Made by a program: the position numbers and the translations under genes. DNA of 64,000 nucleotides from an uncultured Gemmataceae bacterium (lineage in GTDB: Bacteria > Planctomycetota > Planctomycetia > Gemmatales > Gemmataceae), in the NCBI GenBank assembly GCA_963750165.1, contig CAVVPN010000011.1:2240001-2304000 (forward strand), given 5' to 3'. How positions within the stretch are numbered: position 1 is the first letter of the stretch; each line of letters starts with the position of its first letter. The notes under the pieces were generated by a model. The model had not been told where the DNA came from. It was given only the letters and a program-made list of their open reading frames with translations, and did no database searches. Below, one piece after another: positions 9,274-20,143 of this stretch.

Positions 9274-10812
9274 ATGATAACCCAAAGCTCCGTTCCGTTC
9301 ATCTCCGACGCCGCCGGCCCGGGCCAGATTCTTGAGGCGCCCAGCCGCGCCTCCCCACGAATCGTCACCACCGACCCGAACGGCCCCGCCCCGGGCAATG
9401 AGCACCTGGGCGACCTGGGCAACGCCGTGGCCTTCGCGCGGCACCACGCAGACCACCTTCGCTACTGCTGGCCCTGGAAGAAGTGGCTCTACTGGACCGG
9501 CCGCAAGTGGACGACGGACGAGTCCGGCCACGTCTACCAGCTGGCCAAGGATGTGATCCGGGCCATGTACCAGGCCGCTGTGGACGAGTCGGACGACGCC
9601 ACCCGCAAAGCCAAGGTAAAGCATGTCCTGGCCACCGAGAGCCGCAAGGCGCGCATCGACGCCATGATCGACTTGGCCCGCTCCGAACTGGTGATCCAGC
9701 CCGATCAACTGGACAATTACATGATGCATCTCAACGTGGGCAACGGCTTGCTCGCCCTGGGCATTTTGGATAAGCCCACGGATGTGTTTCTCCCCCACAA
9801 CCAGTATGAAATATTCTGCCGAGACGAATTTTGCATGGCCATCGCCCCGGTGTGGTACAAGCCCGCAGCCGCCTGCCCGACTTGGCTGAAGTTCCTCGAC
9901 ACGATCTTCTCCGGCAACGTCCGCGTCATCAACTTTGTGCAGGAGCTGGCCGGCTACGCGCTCACCGGCGACGTCCGCGAGCAGGTGCTGCCGATCTTCT
10001 ACGGCAGCGGCGCCAACGGCAAGAGCACCTTCGTCAACACGCTGCTGGCGATCCTGGGTGAAGACTATGCCATCCCCGGGCCGCGCGACCTGCTCATGGC
10101 CCGCAAGGGCGACTCCCACCCCACCAACGTCGCTCGCCTGTTCCGCAAGCGTCTGGTGGTGTGGCAGGAAACCACGGACGGCAACCGCCTCGACGAAGCT
10201 TTCGTTAAGGAGTTGACGGGTGGCGACCGCCTCAACGCCCGGCGCATGTGCGAAGATCCCTGGTCGTTCACCCCGACGCACAAGGCCATCCTGGTCACCA
10301 ACCACAAACCCGAAATCCGCGGCACTGACCACGGCATCTGGCGCCGCGTCCGGCTTGTTCCGTTCAATGTCCGCATTCCCGACGAGCAGCAGGATAAGGA
10401 GTTGCCGGAGAAGCTCCTGGAGGAACACTCCGGCATCCTGAACTGGTGCCTGGAGGGTTGTCGGCGCTGGCTGACCCAGGGGCTGAGCCTGCCCGCCGAG
10501 GTCAAGGCCGCTACCGAAGAGTACCGCGACCAGCAGGATTTGATTGCGCTGTTTCTCGATGAGTGCTGCCTGACGGGCAGCGACGATTATCGGGTGAAGG
10601 CGAGCGTCCTGTTCACCGCCTGGGGTAAGTGGTGCGAGCAGAACAACGAGACCATAGGCACGCAACGAAAATTCGGAGACACCCTCACGGGCCGAGGATT
10701 TAAGAAAAAGGTCAGTAATGGCATTTGGCGCTTGGGTATCACCCTTGCCGGCCATGACAACCAGAACGCTCAGAACGATCAGAACGACCGCAACGACGAG
10801 ATACCCGAGTAG
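9274..10812 (+). CDS. P4-family phage/plasmid primase-helicase (D5_N + SF3 ATPase)
   Basis: DLGNA..F..H (D5_N), Walker A GSGANGKS, KELTGGD, TNHKP, IWRRVRLVPF. Confidence 0.9.
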   Translation: MITQSSVPFISDAAGPGQILEAPSRASPRIVTTDPNGPAPGNEHLGDLGNAVAFARHHADHLRYCWPWKKWLYWTGRKWTTDESGHVYQLAKDVIRAMYQAAVDESDDATRKAKVKHVLATESRKARIDAMIDLARSELVIQPDQLDNYMMHLNVGNGLLALGILDKPTDVFLPHNQYEIFCRDEFCMAIAPVWYKPAAACPTWLKFLDTIFSGNVRVINFVQELAGYALTGDVREQVLPIFYGSGANGKSTFVNTLLAILGEDYAIPGPRDLLMARKGDSHPTNVARLFRKRLVVWQETTDGNRLDEAFVKELTGGDRLNARRMCEDPWSFTPTHKAILVTNHKPEIRGTDHGIWRRVRLVPFNVRIPDEQQDKELPEKLLEEHSGILNWCLEGCRRWLTQGLSLPAEVKAATEEYRDQQDLIALFLDECCLTGSDDYRVKASVLFTAWGKWCEQNNETIGTQRKFGDTLTGRGFKKKVSNGIWRLGITLAGHDNQNAQNDQNDRNDEIPE

Positions 10813-10815
10813 CGC

Positions 10816-10926
10816 GGAACCTTTGGAACCTTTTGGAACCTTGGAACCGAATTTCGAGGTTGAGCGCTCGGGAGACGTGTCTATAGAAACTAACCTGAAA
10901 AAAGGTTCCAAAGGTTCCAAGGTTCC
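10816..10926. repeat. Putative replication origin: GGAACC iterons
   Basis: Four GGAACC(TT) direct copies (10816-10848) and three inverted GGTTCC copies (10904-10926) around a partly AT-rich spacer, directly after the helicase gene. Confidence 0.75.
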
Positions 10927-10948
10927 ACGACTTCGCAAGGAGAAGCCT

Positions 10949-11254
10949 ATGGAGTCCATCAACCCGGTGTTGCCCCTGTGTACCTTCAGCGAGGCGGAAG
11001 GCGGCCGCTACGAAAAGGCCCTCTGCTTGCACCAGGACGACGGCTGCCCACTTGGCCTGAACCGAGCCGAGGGCAGACACTGTCCATGCCGACAGCGCGT
11101 GACCGTCGAACGCTTCGATAGCCACGACGTACAGGTGCTGTCGTGTTGCTTTCCAAAGACGTACAGCGGCACCACGATCCGCGATCCAGAGGAGTTCGCC
11201 CGCTGGATCCGGCGCCAGCATCAACGCCGCCTGGACGAGGCCAGGCGGAACTGA
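10949..11254 (+). CDS. Small Cys-rich hypothetical protein
   Basis: AAGGAG RBS; MESINPVLPLC... Confidence 0.5.
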   Translation: MESINPVLPLCTFSEAEGGRYEKALCLHQDDGCPLGLNRAEGRHCPCRQRVTVERFDSHDVQVLSCCFPKTYSGTTIRDPEEFARWIRRQHQRRLDEARRN

Positions 11255-11346
11255 ACCCGCGTGAAAAACATTATCCCCGGAACGCAGAAGTCAGTCAAAC
11301 TGCGGTCAGGTCGGAGAAAAATCGGAGAGTTTCGGCGGGGTCGGTC

Positions 11347-11781
11347 ATGAACGCGGACAGCAACGATCTGCCCGAACCGGAAGGCCCGGATGAGGTTCCG
11401 GCGGCGGGCTTCACTGTCAAGGAGGCGCGTCTCGCCCTCCTCCTCGCGTGCGGTGATAGTAATTCCGTTGCTTCCAAGAAAATCGGAATTGCCGAAAGTA
11501 CCGCGTGGCGGTGGCGCAAGTCGCCAGTGTTCCAAAAATTGCTCCTCGAATTGCGCGCGGCGTTAATCTCCGAAACGACCGGCAAACTCGCCCAAACCGC
11601 GTGCCAGGCGGCGGCCGTCCTGAACCAGTTGCTTAGCGACTCGAATAGCAGCATCAAGCTCGGGGCGGCCCGGACTGTGCTGGAACGGGCAACCGAATTT
11701 TACAAGCTCTCCGACATGCAGCAGCGCCTGGAGAACATGGAAGCGGAGTTGGAAGGTTACAGGGCCGCGCAAGGGGCTTGA
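11347..11781 (+). CDS. HTH protein, small-terminase-like
   Basis: GDSNSVASKKIGIAESTAWRWRKSPVF followed by helical IKLGAARTVLE. Confidence 0.55.
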   Translation: MNADSNDLPEPEGPDEVPAAGFTVKEARLALLLACGDSNSVASKKIGIAESTAWRWRKSPVFQKLLLELRAALISETTGKLAQTACQAAAVLNQLLSDSNSSIKLGAARTVLERATEFYKLSDMQQRLENMEAELEGYRAAQGA

Positions 11782-11823
11782 AGCGTACCACGCCAGCCCA
11801 GGCCGTCATCGAGGTGTTCGCCA

Positions 11824-12027
11824 ATGATCGATCTTCGTGAACTTTTCAGCGACGAGTTGCTACGCGACGCCCGCGACCTGCTTGTCGAGCAGGTTCGCGA
11901 TAAGGCTCTGCCAGCCCGTGAACGCCGGCAGGCGGCGGTGATCTTGCTTCAGGCGAGCGCGAAGGTCGCCCGGCTGTCGCCCAGGTTGGCCGTTCCGGTC
12001 AAAACTCAAAACGGAGTTCCGAAATGA
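11824..12027 (+). CDS. Hypothetical protein
   Basis: GAGGTG RBS; ATGA overlap with the next gene. Confidence 0.55.
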   Translation: MIDLRELFSDELLRDARDLLVEQVRDKALPARERRQAAVILLQASAKVARLSPRLAVPVKTQNGVPK

Positions 12028-12284
12028 TCCATCAGACTGCCATCGCGCTTGTCGCAGGCACCGATTACAACCGCGTCGAGATCGGCCGGGCCGCCGCCAT
12101 CGTCGAGCGCACGGGCTGCAGCCCGCAGAGCGCGCTGGCCACGTCGCGGCAGCAGCTGCGTTCCGAGGTGGCGTTCGACCAACCCGTCAGCGTCCGCGAG
12201 CGCGACCAGGCCCTCGCGTACATGCGGCAGCATGCGACCGAGGACTTCGACGCGGCGGTCCAAGCGGTGCGTCGGCTCAACTGA
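12024..12284 (+). CDS. Small protein sharing its C-terminus with the protease/scaffold
   Basis: VRERDQALAYMRQHATEDFDAAVQAVR versus VRERDAAIAYMRKHETEDFDAALAEVR (end of 18180-19385). Confidence 0.7.
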   Translation: MIHQTAIALVAGTDYNRVEIGRAAAIVERTGCSPQSALATSRQQLRSEVAFDQPVSVRERDQALAYMRQHATEDFDAAVQAVRRLN

Positions 12285-12319
12285 ACCAACGCGGTGCTTG
12301 TAGACGGCACCGCTGCGGC

Positions 12320-12352
12320 GGGCGGGGGTTTCGGCAAGGCCCCCGCCCTTTT
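12320..12352 (+). terminator. Intrinsic terminator
   Basis: GGGCGGGGG...CCCCCGCCC followed by TTTT. Confidence 0.55.
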
Positions 12353-12372
12353 CCCCTACTCCGTGGAGTCTT

Positions 12373-13041
12373 ATGGAACACCCTGAATTAGCCTGCAACG
12401 GCCTCCGAGCATTTACAACAGCCCGTCTCCTCATCGGCGCCGAGCCGAGCGCGCTGGACACTGTTGGCCTGCACCTGGAAGCGGGCGAGCGCTGGAGACT
12501 CGAAGCCATCCAGGCTCAGCAGCACGTCCTCGCCCAGATTCGCGACGCCGGCACCGCCGCGCGGACCGAGCAAGAGCCGGTGCTGAGCCGGCTGCGCGAC
12601 CAGCTGCAGCGCGGCGAGCAGTCGGTGACCGCCGAAAGGGCCGGTGCGGAGCAGCTGCGGCGTGAAGTCGAACGGCTTGCCGAAGCCGGTGACGCGGCCC
12701 TGGACATTCGCAGCCAGCTGGCAGACGCGACGCGCCGCGCGAACCTGGCCGCGGAGTTCGTCGCCGAGGTCAAGAGGAAGCTGGCCGACGCCGAGCGCGC
12801 CGCGGATCGGGCCGCCGCCGCCGCCAGTAGCATCGCCGCGGCGGCCGTGGCCACAAAGCTGGGCGCTGAGATCGAGGAGGAGAAGGAGGGGTTCCTGATC
12901 GACCTGGCCCATAGCTGGAAGGTGTTTTACACCAAGGAGTCGGCGCGCGCCCTGGCGGCCCAGCGGGTCACCCAGCCGGCGGACTGGCAGGCGGCGCGGG
13001 CGTCGGCCGGCGCGGCGAATGTGGAGGTGCCCCAAGCATGA
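12373..13041 (+). CDS. Coiled-coil hypothetical protein
   Basis: Ala/Glu/Arg-rich heptads; GGAG RBS; ATGA overlap with the next gene. Confidence 0.65.
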   Translation: MEHPELACNGLRAFTTARLLIGAEPSALDTVGLHLEAGERWRLEAIQAQQHVLAQIRDAGTAARTEQEPVLSRLRDQLQRGEQSVTAERAGAEQLRREVERLAEAGDAALDIRSQLADATRRANLAAEFVAEVKRKLADAERAADRAAAAASSIAAAAVATKLGAEIEEEKEGFLIDLAHSWKVFYTKESARALAAQRVTQPADWQAARASAGAANVEVPQA

Positions 13042-16000
13042 CCGCCGCCGCGCTGCCGCTGCTGGACGGGCCGGAGCAGTCCCTGCATTACGAGCGGGCG
13101 AAAAGGCCCGCGTTGCTGAACCGGCTGGCCGGCCCCGAGGGCGGCGCCTACCACCCCGCGCCGCGCTCCACCGTCCACTACGCCCGCAAGGGGCTGACCG
13201 ACCCGCTCAACCCCGGTGCGTTCGCCCCGGCGGGCGAAGGCGTCGAACACCCCGACGCGACCAAGACCCCCCAATCCGGTCCCGCCGGCCCGCAGCCGCC
13301 GCAGCTGGGCGCGGCGAAGAAGCCGATGGCCCCGCAGGCGCCGCAATCCTCGGTGCCCCGGGGCGGCTGGAAGCGATACCTGGCCACCGCGCCCAGGCCC
13401 GAGGAGGTTGGGCCGGCGCTGGTGGCCCACGATTGGGACCGAAGCGCCACGCCCGGCGACCAGGGCGCGGTCGCCGGACACCTCGCCGGACTTGAGCCGT
13501 CCGACTTCTGGAAGGTCGCCCACCACGTTGGCGCCGCCGCGGCACAGGGCGAGGCGCACCCGCAACTGGTCGGTCGCGTCCGGGACCAGATGCGGATGCT
13601 GCACCGGCCCGGCACCTTTGCCGTGGACGAGTCCCGCGCCCCACTGGCCTACCGCCTGGACCTGACGGGGCTGTCTCCCGAGGAGCAGGCCGACGCCAGG
13701 GAACTGCTGCGGGGCATGCCCCGGGTGCGGGGTGTGACGCACGGCTACTACCTGCAGCCGGGCCTGGCCGAGCACCTGCCTGCGCTGCTGGGCCTCAAGG
13801 TCGGTATCAAGAAACTCGGCCGCGGCGAAATCGGCGATCTGACGCCGCGCCGGCCCTCGCAGGTGCCGCTGGCCGAGTGGCAGCACATGACCGCCGACGA
13901 GCGCGCCGACGTGGCCGCGCAGCCGCAGGACAAGCTGCGGCGGGCGCGGGAGTTCTTCGACACGCTGCCGGACACCGAGGAGACGGCCGCCGCCGCCCAC
14001 GCCGGCCGCGCCAAGCGGGGCTGGTACGAGGACTTCGCCAACGTGCTGGGTCTCTGGGGCAAGGACCGCAAGCTGTTCGCCGGCCTGCTGGCGACGCAGA
14101 GCACCAAGCACACCGTGCAGCGCAACCTGATCGACGCTTTGGCCATCTGGAACGCCTGGAACGCGGCGGGGCGGCCGACGGATTTGATCCATCATGTGGA
14201 CCAGACCAAACGCGGACCGCTCAACTCGGTGTCGATGGCGTTCCTGAACGAACTTGGCAGTCAGCCGGGCATGGGCACGGTCATGTTCCCGGCGCGACGG
14301 GTGGCTGCCGCGCGGCTGCTAGCCGGGTCGGCTCAGTCGCACGAGCTGGACCGGGACGAAAAACCCAAGACTAGCAATTTCCAGACCGGCCTGGCGGACA
14401 ACAGCCCGGAAGCGCGCTGCGCCGTGACCAACGACGTGTGGATGGCGATGTTCAACGCCAAGCGGCATGAGGCCGGCGACTTGCAGGAAGAGTTCAGCCG
14501 CGCCGGCAACACGCTCTACCACCTGCTGTCCGCCCGCGCCCGCCGGGCCGGTTCGCAGCTTGGCTTCGACCCCCGCGAGGTGCAGGAGACCGTCTGGTCG
14601 CTGGGCATGGCGATGTCGGGCCTGGCCGCTGCTGGGCTGTCGCCGGAGGAGATCGTGCGGTATATTACCCACGAGCACGTCCGTGAGGGCGTGAACGACT
14701 ACAAATCCCTTATGAGGCAGAACCCCCATGTACGACGACTCCTCTCCGAAATCCCCGTCGCCGGAGGAAAGCGCTCTCTTCTCGACGCTGTTGACGGACT
14801 TTTTGCAACAGAGCGAGCGGCAGAACAGCGCGGCGAGGTACGACCCCTCACAGGATCCATTTTTGGCGGCGCTGGCGAACCTGAACGACGCCTCGCCCTC
14901 CGCATCGCCAAACGAATGTCCCGATACGCCACCAGCTTCCCCGGGAGTCTGAGGCCATTCCAGGACGCCGTGCAGGCAGCGCGGGCCGCGCGCGAGCAGG
15001 ATCCAGCATTCAACGCGATCCTGCGGCGCGGCAAGCAGGGCAAGGGCGGCGGCACCGTCCACTACGACCGGAACGGGCTGCTGCACTACGCGGCCGGGAC
15101 GGGCGACGCGGACCCGCCGGACGCGGCTGCGTCGGATGCAACCCCGGCCGGCGGGTCGGGCGGGGCGGCCCGGCTGACCCACCTGGCCAGCGTCCCTCAT
15201 GTGGACGCGCCAGCAGCCCGGCCGGACATGCGACCCAGCCGCCCCACGCAGCTGGCCCCGAAACCGCCGCCCCGCCTGCCCCTGACGCCGCTGGCGCACG
15301 GCCAGCCGATGCACCCCGAGGTGGCGGAGCTGCTGCACGCCCACGGCGTCCCGGACGCCCACGTGCGCAGCCTCAACCATGCCCTGGCCAACCCGGACCA
15401 CCCCGACACCGGCCGGCAGTCCGACTACTTCCGCAACCACGTCGAGGCGCTGCGCCACTTCGGCGTGCCGGGCCACGTCGTCGAGCACCTGGCGGCCGAG
15501 CCGGAGCCGCGGCAGGCGTCGCTGCTGGAGCGGCTGCAATCGCTGACGCCGCACGAGGCGGGCCGGCACTTCGCTGAGCACCCCTGGCACGAGTCCACCT
15601 ACAGCGAGATGGCGGAGGCGGCGGGGCACCTGCACAGCCTGTCCGACGAGCACTTCTGGCCCTTCGCCGAGCGGGCCATGGCGCACCTGAACGCCAACGA
15701 GGGCCGGCCCCAGGTGGAGCGGGCGCGGTTCCTGCTGCGGGCGGCGCTGGCGGCCCGGTCGGGCGTCGGCGACGTTCAGCCGACGCCGGAGGACTGGAAC
15801 CGCTACGCCCAGGTGCTCGACCTGTCCGGGGTGCGGCCCGCGGAGCACGACCGCGTGCGCGGCTACCTGCACGGACTGCCGCACGTCGAGGGACTGCCGG
15901 ACGCCTACCTGATGCCGCCGGGCCTGGCGGTCAGCCTGCGGCGCGGCCTGGGCGAGGACTTCCCGCTGCAGTTCCACCCGGTGCGCGGCAGTGACGTGGC

Positions 16001-17182
16001 GCCGCTCTTACAGCCGCATCTCGGTGAGGACGGGCGGACGGCGGACCAGCTGGCGCAGGCGGCCGGGTTGCCGCCGGCCCTGGCCGAGCGGTCGCTGCAG
16101 TACCTGGAGAACCACGGGCGGGTGATGCCGGTGCGGGACGAAACGGGTGAGACGTACTACTACGGCAGCACGCCGGGGCAGGGGCAGCCGGCGATGAGCG
16201 AGCTGCAGCGGCGCCTGCTGGGGCTGTTCGAGTCGCCGCGCTACGAGGACGCCATTACCGATGTCCTCGCCGGGCACTCGGCCGAGGAGGCGCAGCGGGC
16301 CTTCCAGGGGCTGCGAGACGCCGGGCTGGTTCAGGAGCTGGACAACGGCACGCACTGGACGAACGGGGCCGGCAGCGCGGCACTGCAGGCGGCGGGGGGC
16401 AAGCCGGCGGTTGCGGCTCAGGGCAGTGGCGGGGAACAACCCGGTGCGGCGGCGGACGGCGGCGCGGGGGCGACTCAGGCGACGGCGCCGGCCTACACCG
16501 GCCACCGCGAATTCATGGCGCGGTGGTCCGACCCAAAGCACCGGGCCACGGCGTCCGCGTCCGCCCAGGATCTGGCCAACCTGAAGACGTTTCTCGGCCG
16601 CGAGCCGCGGCCGCACGAACTGGCGGGCATGACCTGCGCGCGGCGGGGGCGGACGCGAAGGTGGAAGCCTACGGCGGCGCCATGAGTTCCCTGGTCGATC
16701 ACGAGGGGGTGGAGGCATGCCGCGGCTACGGCCGCCACCCGGACGGCAGCCTGGTCTGCCACAACGACATCTTCTACATCCACAAGAATTCGCCGCACAA
16801 GGGTCAGGGCTACCAGTTCACCGCCCGCCAGGTCGCCGCGCTCTGCGCCCTGGGTTTCCATAAAATCATGATGGGGTCGGCGGTCGGCCGCAAGGGAGCG
16901 AATTCGAACGGCTACTATACCTGGCCGCTGTTCGGCTTTGGCGGCAGGATGCATGACTACCAGTACAGCGAGCTCGCCCCGGAGTTCCAGAAGGCCCTGG
17001 GCAAGAGCCGGGAAATCCTCGACCTGTTCGAGTTGCCCGGCGGCCCCGAGGAGTGGAAGGAGAAGGGCAGCGGCCTGAGCAACCTGGAGTTTGATTTATC
17101 GGACGGCAGCCGCAGCATGCGGCGGCTGGAGGCGTACATCCGCGAGCGCGAGTCGCGACCGGCACAAGGAGCAGCCCCATGA
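13038..17182 (+). CDS. Large polyvalent phage protein (glycosylase-like central domain, C-terminal GNAT-like domain), frameshift near 16640
   Basis: GWY...LFAGLLATQS...N...KTSNF...VTNDVWM domain; after the shift, HKGQGYQFTARQV...LGF...NGYYTWPLFGF. Confidence 0.6.
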
Positions 17183-17367
17183 GCATCGGCGAACGGATCA
17201 AGGAGTGCAGGCGTTACCAGGACGAGATTCGTCAGCTGCAGGAACAGCTGGAGCAGCGGTTCCGGGAGACCGGGGCGGTGGACGCCGAGCTGCAAGGGCG
17301 ACTGGACGCGCTGACCGGGGAGGCGGCCCAGGCCGGCTGCCTGGAAGAGGGCGATGGCGACGTTTGA
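17179..17367 (+). CDS. Hypothetical protein
   Basis: AAGGAG RBS, overlaps the previous stop, helical composition. Confidence 0.55.
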   Translation: MSIGERIKECRRYQDEIRQLQEQLEQRFRETGAVDAELQGRLDALTGEAAQAGCLEEGDGDV

Positions 17368-17461
17368 GCAATTCGCCCTTGAACATCGCGCCGGGCCGTG
17401 TTTCACTGCAGCATCACCCGGCGACCGCACCCCATTCCCCGAGGCCAAGATCGTGAACAAC

Positions 17462-18075
17462 ATGAACGGCACCCTGAATCAAGGCAGCCCCATTTTCAAG
17501 GCCCTCGAAGCGCCCGAATGCAAGGAGCACTTCGGCCACAAGATCGCGTCGCGCGCGGCGCCAAAGCGCTGGATCGCAACAAGGAAAGCATCACGGACGA
17601 ATACATCGCGTCCTACTTGAGGCGGCACCCCGGCCTGACCGTTGACGATCTGGTGTTGTGTCACGGCGTCACGCACCTCACACCCACGACGCTGTGCCAG
17701 ATATTCTGGCTGGAGCCCAGGACCAAGGCCCTCGCCTTCGGCACCATTCAGGAGCGGCTGCAGCGAGAACTGCAGGACGCCCGCGATGCCTGCCAGGCCG
17801 TTCGCGCGGCGGTGCCCGAGGAGTTCCGCCAGGACGGCGTCAAGCTGGACGAGATGGTCTGCGCCATGGCCGCGCGCATCGACCGCCTGACCCTGCAGCT
17901 GGAGGCCGGCCGGCAACTGGAGTCCCAGGCGGACGCCCCGCAGGTGGCACCCGCGACCGATGGCATGCAGCCCACGCACCAGTTCGTCCGCCGCATCGAG
18001 ACGGTCGAGACCACGACGGTCTACGCCCACGAGGACGCAGCGGACCCCGAGGTGCTCATCGCCGTTCACGCCTGA
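17462..18075 (+). CDS. Hypothetical phage protein, probable frameshift near 17560
   Basis: The N-terminal piece MNGTLNQGSPIFKALE appears to join the ITDEYIASYLRRHPGLTVDDLVLCH frame. Confidence 0.45.
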
Positions 18076-18179
18076 GCCGCCCGCGGGCCGGGGCGCACCC
18101 AGCGCGGCCCCGGCCCGTTTTCTTTCACTTCTTTTTTTTCTCCATCCCCCGGAACGCGCGAATCCCGTCTCATGTGGTC

Positions 18180-19385
18180 ATGGCGACCGCGACCGCCGAC
18201 CCCACCCGCAACCTGATCGACCGGCTGGCGGATGCGTCCCAGTGGCACATCATCCGCGGCGTGCCGGTCTTCGACGTGCACGTGCGGTCGGATGGCGGCA
18301 CCGAACCGGTCCGGGTCGGCGCCGACGAACTGGAGCGCATCGTCGCCCGCGCCAGGTTCCGCCGCGAGCACAAGCGGGTGGTCCCGGTCATCCAGATCGG
18401 GCACACCCGGCCGAAGGAGCCGGAGCCGAACCAGCCGGACATCGTGGGGTTCGCCGACCACTGGCGGGAGGGAACGTTCGATGGGAAACCGTGCCTCCTA
18501 GTAGACGAGTTCTACGAGAAGGCCGAGGTGCCCCAGTTGTTCCACCCGGACGGCCGCGCCAAATATCCGTTCCGCTCGGTCGAGTACGACCCGCGGCGGC
18601 ACGAGGTCACCCGACTGGCCGTCCTGAAGCGCGACCCCGAACGCGATCTGGGCCTGGTCTATGGCCGCTGCGGCGGCGTGGTGTTCTACTCTCGGAGCCA
18701 AGACATGCCCCTTGCCGACCCGACGATGCAGCCCCAGGCCAACCCCATGCCGGCCCCCGCGCCGGCCGACGAGCACCCGGTCCTCAAGTACCACCGCAAG
18801 CTCGAGCGCTTCATGAAAAAGTGCTACGAGCGCGACCCGCACGCCTTCGACGACTTCGACGGCGAGGACAAGGATGGAGAGGACAAGGACAAGCCGGCGG
18901 AACTGCCGCCGCCGGACGAGGGTCGCGACAAGGACAAGCCGGGCGAGCCATATCAGCGGGGCACGCTCTCCTTCGAGATGGCCCAGCTCCGCCGCCAGGT
19001 AACCGACCTGGCCCGCGACCGCGACGAGTCGCGGCAGCTGTACGCCCGCAGCGAGGGTATGCGGCGGGTCCAGGAGTTGCAGACCGAGGGCTACGTCTTC
19101 AAGGATCCCGCCAAGAAGGCCGGCGAGTTCGCGGCCCTGGCGACGGACGCCGCCCGCGACGCGCTCGCCGACGACATCCGCGTCCATTACCAGCGCGACG
19201 ACAAGGCGCCGACCGGCGGCAGCTTCCTGAATCTGACGACGCCCCCGGGCAACCCCGGCGGCCGCAGCACCGACCCGGACGCCATCACCGTCCGCGAGCG
19301 CGATGCCGCGATCGCGTACATGCGGAAGCATGAAACCGAGGACTTCGACGCGGCGCTGGCCGAGGTCCGCAAGCAGTCCAAGTGA
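18180..19385 (+). CDS. Prohead protease/scaffold protein (Mu gpI-like)
   Basis: VIQIGHT, DIVGFA, YPFRSVEY N-terminal domain; acidic/coiled-coil C-terminal half; upstream of the capsid gene. Confidence 0.7.
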   Translation: MATATADPTRNLIDRLADASQWHIIRGVPVFDVHVRSDGGTEPVRVGADELERIVARARFRREHKRVVPVIQIGHTRPKEPEPNQPDIVGFADHWREGTFDGKPCLLVDEFYEKAEVPQLFHPDGRAKYPFRSVEYDPRRHEVTRLAVLKRDPERDLGLVYGRCGGVVFYSRSQDMPLADPTMQPQANPMPAPAPADEHPVLKYHRKLERFMKKCYERDPHAFDDFDGEDKDGEDKDKPAELPPPDEGRDKDKPGEPYQRGTLSFEMAQLRRQVTDLARDRDESRQLYARSEGMRRVQELQTEGYVFKDPAKKAGEFAALATDAARDALADDIRVHYQRDDKAPTGGSFLNLTTPPGNPGGRSTDPDAITVRERDAAIAYMRKHETEDFDAALAEVRKQSK

Positions 19386-19418
19386 ACCGCGGCCGACGAC
19401 ACCCCAGGGGCCTTTAGC

Positions 19419-20096
19419 ATGAGCAACTACGCCGAGTACGTCATCGGCCGCCGCGGCTACGGCAAGCTGACGCAGACCGCGGGCACCGTCATCAGCCGGC
19501 TGATCGAGCCACGCAAGAACGCCTGGACGCGGATTACCGGCGTGCTGACCACGACCGCCGCCACGGCGCACCTGCTGACGCTGCTGCGGCCCCTGGGCCG
19601 CACGACGTTCAGCGCCGTGGCGGCGGCCGGGCAGGCCGTGGTCACGCTCACTGCCGACCCGGGCGCCTACCCCAGCGGCGTGCGGACGGCGGCCGACGCC
19701 ATTACTTCGGGCGACTACGTCGTCTACGAGGCGGCAGACGGCACGCTGGTGCAGGACACCGCTGCGGGTACCTGGAACAGCACGACGGGCGCGTTGACGC
19801 TGAACACCTTCCTGCCGACGGGCGGCGTCCTGGTGGGCGGGCGGTTCTGGTACTTCGGGCTGGCCACGGACACCAACCCCAACGACGCCCAGGCGCACCC
19901 GCGCTGGAACCTCCTGGCCAACACCAGCAATTTCTTCGGCCGCGCCGACGGCATGGGCAGCATCCCGGACAACCCGCTCATGAATCTGGGCAAGGGCGAG
20001 GAGCAGCCGCTGCTGCTGCAGATCGACAACGGCAGCAACGCCAGCACCCTGGAGTCGGTCGGCGTCGAATACGTCAAGAAGGCGGCCGCGGGCTAG
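19419..20096 (+). CDS. Putative virion structural protein
   Basis: Thr/Ala/Gly-rich, beta-type composition, in the head module. Confidence 0.6.
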   Translation: MSNYAEYVIGRRGYGKLTQTAGTVISRLIEPRKNAWTRITGVLTTTAATAHLLTLLRPLGRTTFSAVAAAGQAVVTLTADPGAYPSGVRTAADAITSGDYVVYEAADGTLVQDTAAGTWNSTTGALTLNTFLPTGGVLVGGRFWYFGLATDTNPNDAQAHPRWNLLANTSNFFGRADGMGSIPDNPLMNLGKGEEQPLLLQIDNGSNASTLESVGVEYVKKAAAG

Positions 20097-20143
20097 GGCC
20101 AGGGCGTCGAGGGCGGGGGCGGCACGGCGAGCGGAGGCGAGAC

